NCBI GenBank assembly: GCA_038496445.1
Contig: JALMLS010000017.1
Span: forward strand, 62,001 to 126,000
Source of the DNA: Trichosphaerium sp. ATCC 40318
Taxonomy: Eukaryota; Protista; Tubulinea
Direction of reading: 5' to 3'
DNA length: 64,000 bases
The notes beneath the pieces were generated by a model. The model did no database searches. It was given only the letters and a program-made list of their open reading frames with translations, and had not been told where the DNA came from. The stretch's first letter is position 1. Each line of letters opens with the position of its first letter. A program made the translations under genes and the position numbers. Shown one piece after another: positions 27,074-40,125 of this stretch.

Positions 27074-27810
27074 ATGGCACAAGTGACAGTACAAGATGGC
27101 GCCCAAGTGCAAGAAGGTAAGAAAAAGAAAAAAGCTGTAGTAGCGCCGTAACGTATACAAGAGCCCCTTCTCAGTCCTGCAGATATTCATTTCAGCAATG
27201 ATATTGATTTAGGGCAACCTGTGTACCAAACCCAAGTGGATACCGTACAAGGTCAACCTGCCGCACCGGTACTGTACTTGTTCTGTTGCACCGGTTACTT
27301 ACTTCACATAGATGGGACCAACTATAACAACCACAGTTGTGCATACTCCATCAGGCGTTAATCCTCATACCGTAGTAGTGCACCAAGGACATGATAATAA
27401 AGGTAAACCAATTCTCATTTTAAATGTAGTAATTGATCACTGACAACTCCAATAGGTAACGATAAGGATTTCATATGGGGGTTCATACTGGGGCTATGTC
27501 TTAACATAATCGGTCTTTGCGTTGGATTACTTGTATACCGCAAGAACGAAAAGGGGTACGCTGGGCGTATACAGCCTTTTTTACGCTGCACAGATGGACA
27601 TAAGCCCGAAAGTCTCCGTGATAGCGCCAACGTCTTTTTTCGATTTTCCAAAACAATCCCTCGTACACCACTAGTAAATACTCACAATACTATAGACGTC
27701 AAGGTTCCTTGCTTGGGTTTGGTTTAAGCACTTGCTTTATCATTTTCATGGGTATAATAGCAATTATCATATTCTTTACACCACTTGGAGAAAATGTTAG
27801 GATATTCTAG
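27074..27810 (+). CDS. Small protein with two C-terminal transmembrane helices, unknown function
   Basis: Spliced ORF with Pro/Gln/Val-rich N-terminus then GNDKDFIWGFILGLCLNIIGL and RQGSLLGFGLSTCFIIFMGII. Confidence 0.6.
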
Positions 27811-28035
27811 TGCACTAGACTACAGAAATGTACTCGAATCGATTGTAATATAAATTTGACTAGACACAAATAACACACTTGCACGTCACCGTCATCTAAG
27901 TAGTCGTTCATTGGCCTAAAAGTGGCGTAGTTTGCCCTGTTTAAAAGCAATTTTGTCTGAAATGCATGGTTGACTTAACAACTTGTGTACTCTTGTTTTT
28001 CGTGTCCCCACAGCAATAACAAGTGCAGATAAACC

Positions 28036-29561
28036 ATGGAAGTTGTGATTGACTCCTTTGTGGAGTATGTAATGCGCCCATTGTCACCTTGGCAATTTGA
28101 CTATGAAAATAACATAGGGCTACAGTTTTTTGCCACTTTCCTAGTACGTGACGTCATTTTTAAACTTCTTGTTCTCACTTTAATCTCTAGGTGCACTATA
28201 TTGGCGCTGTATTATTGTATTTCGCTTTTGCCGGCTTTAGTTACTTCTTTTTCTACAGGCACGCGAACATTCGTGTATCTTTTGTCACAATTGACTCTCT
28301 AACAGATGGAACGCAAAAACATTTCGCCCAGACACGCTACCAAAGGATCTCACTGCTCAAATTACAACGGAAGTGGTAATAGCTAACTTCTCTTTCCCAC
28401 TCATGGCTGTATTATATACGCCTTTTTCGCTTGGTGTACGTCTAAATATTAACCCCAGACAGATAGTTTAACGCTGTATACCCAAAAACTTTCGTATTTT
28501 ATTTTCCACGTTTCCGCGTAAAAAAAGACGTAAGTCGTAAAGAACTCGCGTTTTTGTACATTTTTACGTGGGTATTGACAACTATTTTTTTTTAGATTAA
28601 ATGGGGTTATTCTCAAATGTACACTGATATAAATGAATACGGATGGGTGTGGGTTATTGCAGTATGCCCAATCTTTTTATTTGTGACTGATATGATGATC
28701 TATTTTATTCATAGAGGTGAGTGAGGTTCATTTTACAAAAAAAAACAGAAAAAAAAATTGATCAGCCGGATAAATTAATTGCCGTCTCTCTAACTTTTTG
28801 GTGTTTTACAGGATTACACTTACCTGGTGTATACCATTACATTCATAAGCCACATCACACATACCGTTATACAACACCTTTCAGTTCCCATGCTTTCCAC
28901 CCTCTAGACGGATTCGCACAGGTATATTATCACATGGGACCTTTTGGTGTTCATGCAAAAAATCAAGACTCAAGTCTTCAACTTCCTTGTTTTTGTGTTA
29001 ATACTATCCCAGTACACTAACCAATAATAGGGCTTGCCATATTACTTGAGCACATACATGTTCCCTATGCACAACATTCAGTTTCTGGTACGTTTTCTTT
29101 AGTATTTTTTTTGGGTTTTTCTTTGTTTTTTTTTTACAATCTTGTACTTACCGTACCTCAGTGCTTGTTTGTATTTGTGAATTTATGGACAATATCAATC
29201 CACGATCAAGTTGATTTCAACGGATTTGACTTTAAATTTCTCAATTCCACTGGACACCATACCCTCCATCATACACGTTTCCGATACAACTACGGTCAAT
29301 ACTTCACTCTTTGGGATAAGATTTGCGGTACTTACTTGTACGTCTTCTACACCTTATAGCCGTATACTAATTAAACTACCTAGGGAGGGCGTACAGACCC
29401 ACGATTTCGCTGGAAAACGCATCCAACAAAGTTCAGGGTAAGTTAAAGGCAATTTTTGGTCTACAGTTTTTTTTTCTTTCCTTTGTTTTTGACACATTGC
29501 TGTTTTTAGGAAGGGTAAGATTATCTCATCCACTACGTCTTCTTCTAGAACACCATCGTAA
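28036..29561 (+). CDS. ERG3: Sterol C5-desaturase (lathosterol oxidase)
   Basis: His boxes [55 protein letters not shown]; 3' end is 29441 or 29561 depending on the last intron. Confidence 0.9.
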
Positions 29562-29886
29562 AATTATGTACACTGAGAGCAGCGCAAAAACAATGCGAGT
29601 AGCTACAGTTTGTGGCTATTATAAAAAATGTTCAAAAAAAACCAAGCACAAGTTGTCTGTTGAAACCATTTCCCCCATACAAGTTTCTGGCTAGGTGACT
29701 AAAGATGGAGGCTAGATCCAGCTTTTTAAAAAATACAAAGTTGTAAGGTTTGTAGTCAGTTGTGCAATATTATTCTTGTCTAAGCAAGGATATCTGCAGT
29801 ACAAAATAGGCTGAGTTGTAAAATATTCGAGTTTTCTGAGGATGGCATTACCGTCGTTTCACATTAATTCAGCAAGTTCATAGGCT

Positions 29887-30354
29887 ATGAAGAAGAAGCG
29901 CGTACATTATAGTCAACAAAAGAACCCTTCCGTTATTCCACCAGATTATTTCGTACCTCCGATTGGCCCCCTACGACTAAATTTTACCTACAGGTTATGG
30001 ATGTTTGTTTTAATAAGCATTAACACCATTTAGTTTAACAATAGGTGTAATGATACATACGTGTTGCTAATTTGCTCTCAGAATGGTGCTCAGTTTCATT
30101 ATAGACCAATACGGGCTATAGAAAGCAGCTCTGGTTTTGCACGTACCAATCAAAGGCCAATACACATGAATACAACTCCTCAGACAGTTGAGGCATTCAG
30201 GAACTTTGTTGTGAATGTCGTTAATAACTCACAAACAGTGGAACGGAGGACAAAAGGAAATGGATTAGTGACAATAAACAACGGAAAAACTGTAGTACTG
30301 TCTGGTCAAGCAACAAATGCAATAGCTTCCAAGTTTCACGAAGTATTCCGCTAG
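29887..30354 (+). CDS. Hypothetical protein (start uncertain)
   Basis: Two exons joined by a short GT-AG intron give an open frame ending KFHEVFR*; no recognised motif. Confidence 0.35.
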
Positions 30355-30813
30355 TGAAATGTAAATAAATTCTACCTCCTTGTCATTACATAGTGGATTA
30401 TTCTTACTCATACACGTGCTGAAAACTCGGCATCACATAAAATGGACTTGTAAGTTCAGAGTGTTTTATTGTGCTACAAAGTCATATGTAACTAAGAAAA
30501 GTGGTTCTTTGGTACTTATTGTATATGTGATAGTCGAATAGGACAGGCTTTGAATCCTTAAAGGAGCAAAAAAGTGATGTCAAAAAATTGAAACGACACA
30601 CGAATTAATACAGTATTTTTTTTTTTGTGTTCTTTACTTTAATACTACAACATTGCTCAATGCGAAAGTATGTTTAAAAAAAAAGTGTTGGAGGATCCAT
30701 CAAATGTATACCATTTTCGTTCATTCTTGCTATTGTTGGATAGATAAAAAAGGAAAGTTTTGATTTCTTTGGATCTTTTTGTCTTCCCTATCCAAAAAAA
30801 AAAAAAAAGGTTA

Positions 30814-32765
30814 CTACCGATCTCTTCCCAATACAGTCTCTGTGAGATCAATCAATGCAGTAACAAAAGGTGAGGGTGTCAATGTAGATAATGCCTCAAC
30901 AGCTTTTTTACAATGATCTCTTGCTAGTTCGCGTGTACGTTGTAGTCCATCACTAGACATAATTATATCCTTAGCCTATTGTAAAGATAAGCTATGAGCA
31001 AAGAGCACGTTTAAAATTAAAATAAATTTATGGAGGTTCAGGAGTTTCTTATTCACCACAAAGTTTCAGCGGAAGCCAAAAAAAAAAAGTCTCAAATAAA
31101 AAAAAAGTTGGATGCTTACCCTTGCGTAATCCCCGTCATTAGAGAATTTACGTTCTATCATATTACGTAATTCTGGTGAATTCTCAGCAGCGAATATAGC
31201 TGGAGCAGTAATAATGTTGTGTGTCAAGTCATTGAAAGCTGGTTTACCAAGAGTTTTTTCAGATCCTGTGTAATCAAGCAAATCATCAATGTACTAGCTT
31301 ATATTAGATCAAAAAACAAACAAAACCTTATTCGGATAGTTACACTCCATGGTCACTTACTTGAAATGCTAAACCAATATGTTTGCCGTAAGCAGTGCAA
31401 CTATCTATTATAGCACGGGAAACACCGCCTAGTACAGCAGCAGATCTACAGCCGTTCTCAACTACACAATGTGTTTAGTTTTTTGGGATTGTTCTTTTAT
31501 GAATCAAACATGTTTGAGTTGGCGTTCGGTAGTTTGTTAGTGAGTAAAATACGTACTTAATGATGCTGTTTTAAAGTAAGTTTTTTGTTCGTAATATTCA
31601 AAATCAAGTGCTGTCTTCCTGGATGCCTTCATTTGCATAAATTCACCTTCAACTAAATCTGACAAAATTTGTGACATAAGACCAGTCACTTCATGATTCT
31701 CAAGCCTTGCAAGGTTGATTGATGCTCTAGCGAGCAAAAAATCACCTCCCAGGATAGCTGCGCGAGCACTAGAATATAGTGAGCAAAAAAAAAGGTTAAT
31801 CAAGCTTAATAAACGAACCTGAAGGCTAGATTTATCGATTTCTGGCCACGTCTTGAGTCAGCATCATCTAAAACCTACAAAAATTATTATTGACATCTCA
31901 GCGTTGTATTGTACATCATCATGAATAAGTGAAGCCGTGTGGACCATCTCCAGAATTTCTGAAAGTTGACCTTGTTTTGCTGATATCTGAACATCAAAGT
32001 CATCCTTTGGCTGGTATCGCAGTTAGCCAAGGTACCGTCTAGAGCATAAAAGAAGGTTGTATTTTGGGGCAAAGTGTCAGATTTAATTTACCTTTTCTTC
32101 AAGCGTCTGCATGTGGTAACTGACAGCTTTTGACACTAGAATTACAAGCATAGGTCGTAAGCGTTTACCCTAAGTGAGCAATAAGCATTTTTTAGGTGTA
32201 AAGTTCTCTGTTTTTTTAAACGACAAGTACTACGCACGCCCAGGTCGAAATAGTATTGTGCTAGTGATGACAACATTGGGTGTTGTGTTTGTACGAGTTC
32301 TTTTACATTTCCTTTTAACTTCGCCAAATCTCCTTCGCATAGTGCCAAAGGGTTTTTTTCAGGGTTGTCTGAGTAATATTAGCAAGCTCAGACCAATTGG
32401 GTTACAAAAGAACGGGAGTGTATTACTACGCGTGCCTTTATATTTATCTAGAGGTATTTGCTCTTCAAGGTAAAACGCATGGTCATTGAGCTTAGAAGCT
32501 AGTCTTTTTGCTGTCTTTGTTACTTCAATAAGCTTATCTACCTTTGACACCAGACCATATGAGCGTATTACGTTGCGTAGCGCTACCTGATGCTTGGGTA
32601 AGGTGGAGAAAAGTACAAAAATGAAGTTGTAGCTCTTACATTGCTCTGTGGTGACGCTTTTACTACTCGGGCGAGATCTGATGGCTTGTGAGTTCTTAGG
32701 CGCCCCGCTCTTCTTAAACGAGTTCTTGACGCTACCCGCATACAGGTACTTGCAGTTGGGAGCAT
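30814..32765 (-). CDS. PDSS1: Trans-polyprenyl diphosphate synthase (ubiquinone side chain), mitochondrial presequence
   Basis: GKRLRP, EMVHTASLIHDDVLDDADSRRG, AILGGDFLLARAS, LVEGEFMQ, YFKTASL, DDLLDY, LGKPAFNDL. Confidence 0.92.
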
Positions 32766-33013
32766 AGCGAGTGTATTTCGTAAGCTTCTCTTCTGTTTTA
32801 AAAAATTTATTTTGCTGATTTCATTTACTTATTCATGAACGCTGAAACAACATCTCAAATACGTGTACGCATTATATGAGCATGTTATCAAAATCGCTAT
32901 CAAATGTGACACTTTAGGAGTGAGTTTATAAAATGACATTTTCCCCTTTGAGTCTTCGTTTGTTCTTATGAAAAAGAACTTTGCTCAAAAGGCTATTTTA
33001 CAATGTGACTCAA

Positions 33014-34568
33014 CTACAATAGGTTGCAGTTGCCTTGAGACTTTTTGATATGGCCAAAGTCGTAACGTTTAAGGAGAGATGAACCAGTGAATAGTCGTGA
33101 TTGATCAAACGCAAGTGAATAGATTGGCTCTGGTGTTGATATACGTGCAAGAATTTTTCCTTGGTCAATGTGCCATATTCTAGTTGGTAAAGTTAGCACG
33201 TGGGAGGAAAAGTGAATATCTCAAACAAAACAAACAATTCATACCTCACATCAGTATCTTTAGACCCGGAGACAATTTTCCAATGATCAAAATGTAAAGC
33301 GCGAATCGATCCCTATCGATAAACATTAATCTCATTTATAGCATATTATGTACTATTACCTTATGTCCTTCCAATACATTCCTACATTCGTAACCCATAC
33401 GTCCATCCTGATAACCGTTAGTTAGCAAAAACTTGAACACAACAAAACTTTTCTTACCCAAACGCGTATAGTCTTATCTTTGGAACCTGACACGGCTATT
33501 CCATCGTGATACTCTAAACAATGTATCAAATGTTCGTGACCCCTTTTTTGATGATTGATTAGCACATAGATAAATTAGTGCTAAAAACACTCACCGTAGT
33601 GTGAACAAGCGGTTTCCAGACTTTGAATCCCATATTCGAACTTTTTTGCCTTTATGAGTAGACGCAATGAGGCCATCGTCAAACTTTAAACAATTCACAA
33701 TACCGCGCTGCTGCTCACTCAGCGACAGCAACTCCTTTTGTGTCTCTACATCATACATGGTAATTTGTTTTGATCCAGCAATAATTTTTCCGTCATCGTA
33801 GCACACACATTGAATAGGCTCTGTACTAGCAGTAAAACTAGTTTTAAGTTTTCTACTGGCAACCTCATAAACCTTGAGTTTTGTCCAGTCTGACCCAGCC
33901 ACGCAAGCGAGGTGTTCTCCGTTACACTGAAACGACTTTACATAAGCAGAGCCTGTACATGAAGTAAGTACATGGCTTTTGAGTGAATATGGCAACAATC
34001 TACAAATTAGGCAAATGATAATCGTACCTGGGCGTAGAGTAAATATACGTTGTTGACTGTCCAAATTCCAGACCTACAAAATATTTTATATTTTCGTAAA
34101 TTTTAAAATCAGAGTGATTGTGACAGGGCTCTTACTTGTATATTAGATCCGCACGAATTTATCAGTACATTGTTGATTAATTCAAGTTGGCGTATCGTGT
34201 GGTGAAACCCGTTCAAAATACTACATTTCGCTTTTCCTTGCAGCCAATTGGAATGCACGCGGTGCTATAGTGATTTAGTGAGTACTGATTAAAAGGTGCC
34301 CTAATAAAGCACTCTGAAATACCGTTGTCCAGAAGCTTGTTTTCCACATGATATCTTCTGCTGAGCAACCCATGAGCTTTTCCGGGCTATACCAATGATG
34401 AAATATTCTTTTGTACATTTGCTTCCATATTCTCCCTTGATTAAGTATAACGTGCCAGTTTCTGCATACAGAGCGAGCGATGAGCAAGTCGTACTCATCG
34501 AGGAACGCAAACACGTATAATACTAGCTCCAGCGGCAGCTCAGCAAATACAGCATCCTCGTTGTCCAT
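33014..34568 (-). CDS. F-box/WD40 protein ending in CaaX (CNLL)
   Basis: FAELPLELVLYVFAFLDEYDLLIARSVCRNW; WD blades (LHFDHWKIVSGSKDTDVRIW); C-terminus SQGNCNLL*. Confidence 0.88.
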
Positions 34569-34982
34569 GAGAGCGAGACAATGGGCTAAATTATTTACTC
34601 CTGTCTTAACTGTAATAAAAATACTTGACTCAAAAAAGAACTAATAATAAAAAGTACAATTGGTCAAAACAGCACTACGACGCGATAATATTTAGAAGCA
34701 AGCAAGTACCTACAAACGATCAGAGATAATTTAATTTCTTTTTTTTCAACAACACTGAACTGCACGCAGTTCACGCGCTAGTGCGTGTAGTGAAAATACG
34801 ACTTCGATCGTTTTGATCACCCACGTGCGTTTTAGTTGGAGCTAATTTCTTACTCAAGAAACCTAGCAATTTGATTATATTTGATAACAACCGGAAGGTT
34901 ACGAAAGTCGACTCGAGTACACCAAGATAAATGTCAACATTAGTCCTCTCATTATTTTTTGTTCCAAAAACAATCAAGTGAC

Positions 34983-35682
34983 ATGCCAGCTTCAAAATCC
35001 AAGCCAACTACGCTTTTTCAGACGCTACCTTCTGTGCTCATTGTAGCAGGTAATTTTAAATCCCATTTTACGCTTATACCCGCTAGTTGCGTTCACCTTT
35101 GTTGTGTTTATGTTTGACGCTACTTCCTTTACTGGAGTAGCAGCAGAGAGGTGGTTTACAGAGGAAGAGATCGCTGAATTTGATGGGTAATTATTAAAAA
35201 TTATACGTGATACCTCTAACGAGCCCTAAGTACCGATGACACCAAGCCAATCTACTTGTCTATTCTAGGACGCGTCTATGACGTTTCAAAGGGTAAGTTT
35301 TGCGTTATGCATACGTGTCGTTTTTTACATTGTCTCAGGCAGACAATACTACGGTCCAGAGTCAGGTTACCACTTTTTCGCAGGCAAAGGTACAGTCGGT
35401 ATTATTGTTTTTTGTCTCATTGCCCTAGACGCCACAAGATCTTTCCTTACAGGTTGTTTTAACGCCGAATGTTTTGCCGAGCAACCAAAAGGTGTAGAAG
35501 GTAAAGATTAAACATCACATGCCATATTGTAACAATACCGCGGTTTAGGTCTTAGCAAGGATGACATTCAAGGTGTATACAGCTGGGTAAAAGATTACAA
35601 CCAGAAATACGTCTTTGTTGGATTCTTGAAGGGCTACTATGATCCAAAACTCGACCCAACACCAACTGCAGAAGAATTATAA
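34983..35682 (+). CDS. Cytochrome b5-like heme/steroid-binding protein (MAPR/neudesin-like)
   Basis: N-terminal TM, FTEEEIAEFDG, IYLSILGRVYDVSKGRQYYGPESGYHFFAGKDATRSF, KYVFVG; ends AEEL*. Confidence 0.88.
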
Positions 35683-35755
35683 ATGCCAAAAAGGTATTGA
35701 AGCCCAAAGCTTTACACTCACAGTGTAGTTATGTTTTCGCCAATAAACTTTTATT

Positions 35756-37222
35756 TCATTTTTTTTTTCCTTGTTCTTTTTTCTCCTTGTCACATTTGTC
35801 GCACCCACAAGAAAACGCATAAAAGTCCAATAGTAGTTTTTGTCGCTCGGCAACAGGTAATCCAAGTTGACTTTCCGATATGTATGAAATTGTTATCTCT
35901 TCACCAGCCTAAAAAAAAACTTCAAAAAAATGTGATTTTTTTTATTTACGCACTTTAATATCACGTGAAGCCATGACAGTGAGTGTATGATCATTAAATG
36001 GGTATGTGACAGTTGCGTTTGGTTCACAACTATGGTTCATCATAGAGGCGAGTGGAAACAACCCAGAGCCATCACATACTGTGTACTGTCCACTGTGTTC
36101 CATCATAGCTTCCGCTACAACAGAAGCAGTTGTAAGTGCAGTATCCTTTTCTTCGCTTTCCTCTAAATCGTACAAGTTTTGCATGTATTCATCGAAAGCA
36201 CTAGTGCCAATACCTGCGTACAGTAAGACATTTAAAAAACCTCATCATAAGCTAATAATAAGATAACGTACCAAGTCCATTCAAACCCACTACTGACAAT
36301 AACATGTAAAATCCTTCTAAATTTCTTTGTTAACTCAATCGAATATTTGACACGTGTTCATCTAAAGTAAAGCAACACGTACCTTCTTCAAATAGCTCTT
36401 TGATTCTTTCGTCGTATAAAATGTCTTTGATCATTACACGTAATTTATCAAGCTTTGTTTTTCCTTCTGCTCTCAAGAACTTTGCGTTTGAAACTGTACC
36501 TGTTGTTGCATCTTTAGTGCTTCCAGCAGATGTCAATTGTGTAAAATCTTCCATTGCTTCCTCTTTTGAGAACCCCTGGTCTAATAAACACAGAATTCTA
36601 CATATCATAAATACAACCAATGTAATTGTAGTTGTCTCAGGAGGATAATGCATTGCTTTCCATTCCTTACAAAGGGCCGTGTATTTTTTTACTTTTTCAG
36701 CATCCTACACGACGTCAGATTTGAGAAAAACGCGCTATGTACCCGAAATATGTACTGAAGCATCAACCAACCATTTTCTTGACATTCTGGGGAGCAAAAC
36801 TTTGCCTTACACAGTGTAGAATCCTCACAGGCGATAGGCTCGCACATCTGGAAGTGTTAATAATTGAAAAAGCCTCTATGACCGTACTTCGTAAACATCA
36901 TCCAGTGGTAGTGCCTCCAGGGTAGAGATATTGCTTTTTAGGCGTAAATAACATAAATGTAAAAACTGTCAAACCTTAGCCGCTTAGCCATAGCATGTGG
37001 GGATTCTAGGGACTTCATGCAATACGCACAAGCCTGAAAATAGTCTTTATTCCACTCAAACTGCGCACAAACAACTGGTGTATCTTGCAAAACGTCCTCA
37101 TCCGCCTCAATAGCCTCTAGAGCAACAACCCCTTTCCCTTTGCCCTCAAGTTTTTTTACAGCTATGGGAAACTCGCTTACTAGCTCTTGGTAGTACTTTA
37201 AATCGTTTCCAGCCTCGCTCAT
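35756..37222 (-). CDS. SMYD-type SET-domain lysine methyltransferase (SMYD5-like)
   Basis: GKGKGVVA, CAYC, GLFPLASMMNHSCEPN, GEEITISY, post-SET FSCGCDKC. Confidence 0.88.
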
Positions 37223-37281
37223 GGTTTCTCAACACAGTGTAATTAGCCACAGTCAAGAAGTGTCAAAATTTTTGAAGCGAC

Positions 37282-39927
37282 ATGGCGATGGACATGTCAA
37301 CGTACCAAACAGCCAAACGGGGTGGCCCCGTGAAGGAGCTGTACATAATGGCTCACAATCTAGAAAAAGAGCTCAGTGAGTATTTGAGCTACAATAAACC
37401 GGAGGCCTACCATTTGAACCTCATTGCGAAAATGTTTAACAATTTGGGTTCAAAGATCGAAACGGCGACCAAGGCGCCCGAATTTTCCTCGCTTGTCAAA
37501 GGCGACAATGACTGGGAGCTGTTGTGTAAAAACATGAAGCATTACGGACGCCAAATTAGACAGCTTCAAAAAGAATTTAATGAATGGTCAGAACACACCG
37601 ACGAGCATTTTAGCGTACCAAATGGAGATGGTAAGTGTCATTGTAACATTTTCTTTTCGAAAGTTTTAGTAAAATTACTTTATCGTTGTCCAGAAATCGC
37701 TAAACTAGGCTTAATTTCTATTTTGAATACTATGCTGTAACTGTACTAATCATGACAGATAATGATTTGGTTGGCGTCAGACAGCCCACTAACAAGATCA
37801 AAATAAGCGCGCTTACTGTGTGGGAGGATTCTTTGCGTAATAGTATCCCTACAGCTGAGGAGAAGGTCAACGTTGCTGATTACGACGAAGGAGCGCTAAA
37901 GTTCCCGTATCGAGCAGATATAAACAAAAAAGTCATCCTATGGCATGTCACAGGTTTTTTAGAGCGTACAGTAACGAAAAAACAGGTTAGGGGACATCTG
38001 TAACGTAGAAAGTGACGCAATCGTAAACTCCACTAATGAGAGCATGCTTGACGTTTCTGGTCTCTGTGGACGGATATTATCGAAGGGTGGTCCAGAACTA
38101 AAGGAAGAAATAGAAAATCTTGAAGCTTGCCGTACTGGTGAAGCTAGATTGACTAAAGGTCATTCTCTCCCTGCAAGGTGAGGAACTATCTTTACACATT
38201 TCCATGTTTCTCTGTGAATATGTTGCATCTCTTCTCACGCTACTAGGTACATCATACATACTGTTGGGCCACGATACAATGAAAAATATCGCACAGCAGC
38301 AGAAAACGCGCTACACAATTGCTACCGTTCATCAATGCAACTCCTAAAAGAACACAACCTATCTACTATGGCATTTTCAGTTATCAATTCGGAAAAACGC
38401 GGTTACCCTCCTAGTTCTGGCGCTCATGTAGCTATCCGTATGTCCGATTTTCATTTCCATTCCATCATATGACATTTTCTGTCATACAAAAATTGCTGCT
38501 AACGGAAAAACCACTTGTGTATTTGTATTTGCTTTTAATTGCACCACTTTGTAGTAAGCAATATCTTTACACTGTCATAGGAACCGTAAGAAGATTCCTT
38601 GAGAAATGGGGTACCGACATTGAACGTGTTGTATTTTGTATGGACGATGAAGAGAATTTCAAGCTTTACAAAGTATGTCTTTAGATGCAATTTTATATTC
38701 AATATGTCACTAAAAAAAATTCAAGGAGCTTTTACCATTGTACTGTCCTCGATCCAAGCAAGAAGCCATGAGATCACAAACTAAATTACCAAAGGATACA
38801 GGTACTCAACTAGAGATTATGGCTTTTATAATAGTGCTTACCACTGATAGGCAACGATCTTGGAGAGACTGTTGTTGAAGAGAGGAAAATTAGAATTAGC
38901 GCTTTTCCAAAACCCTGTACAGAGTGCAGAAAGATAACTTTCCTGACACGTTTTAGTTGGCGAACAAGAGGAAGATGAGTCTGTAGAAGACAGCGATTCA
39001 GATAGCGATAGTTTATTGCCTGGTGAGGGTCCTGCTCGTTTATCTCAACTCCCATCGTATGTGACATTCAAGCAGCTATGTGTTTACACTGAATCATAGA
39101 GATCGTGATGAAGAACGAAGGCGAAGAGTGGCTGCTTCAACACGCGCAGATAAAGATGTACTGGTTTAAGGCTGCAAACATACGTTGACATGTCCCTAGG
39201 CTGCGATGCAAGCACAGCAATACCAACGTGCACTAAGAGAAGCCAGAGAAACAGATTTAAGTGACATTGCTAGATTAAACTTACTCTACCAATCTGGTGC
39301 GTTGTTTTACTGGGGAAGTTACTTCTAAAAATTAGAATATAGGCACAGACACGAGTGGTCGTCCTATTATGGTTTTTGTAGCAAATAGACTTCCTGAAAA
39401 CAATCAAGAAATGCTGGAACGTGTTTTCTTGTACATAATCAAACAAATGGACTCTATTGCAAACAAACCTTACATTATGGTGTACTTACACACAAACATG
39501 GGTGTACGCCGAAGACCACAATTTGCTTGGCTGAAGCGCATGTACTTAATTATGGACGCCAAGTACGCTTTTTCGGGGTTTTTTTTTGGTGTTAAGTGAC
39601 TAATGAACTTTTTTGTAGATACGGAAAGAACTTGCGCGCTTTCTATATTCTACATCCAACTTTCTGGTTGAAGGTTTGGCAAAAAATTTTTTCTACTTTC
39701 TCGCAATCTGTCTTTTGGTCCAAGATTATTTATTTGACAAGGTATGTTACTGAGAAATGAATGCGTGATGGCGCTATATTTTTGTTTGTTAGGAAAATAA
39801 CGTTTTTTGTAGACTCCTTGAACTGTATGAACATGTTGAGCAAGAGCAGTTAAAGATACCTGATGATATATACCAATATGACCACGACGTTTATGGCTCT
39901 GTTTCTCAATCTACTTATTCAAAGTAA
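37282..39927 (+). CDS. GDAP2: Macro domain + CRAL-TRIO protein
   Basis: FPYRADINKKVILW, DAIVNSTNE, CRTGEARLTKG, IIHTVGPRYNEKYRTAAENALHNCY, RTVRRFLEKW, IGNDLGE, CRAL-TRIO KNLRAFYILHPTFWLK. Confidence 0.92.
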
Positions 39928-40125
39928 GAAGTTTTTTTTTTTTTTGATGTTTGTTTCCGCTTTAGGGATACTAACTGGCTTTTTTTTTAAATAGTGCGCG
40001 TAATGCTCGTATAATGAAAGAGGATTATGGTCAGGGATTGTGATAACATATTTTTTTTTCTTGAAGCAATTTGTAAAATGTAATAAAGTTCGTTGGCCTG
40101 TAATAACGTTAGATCGCGGTACATT

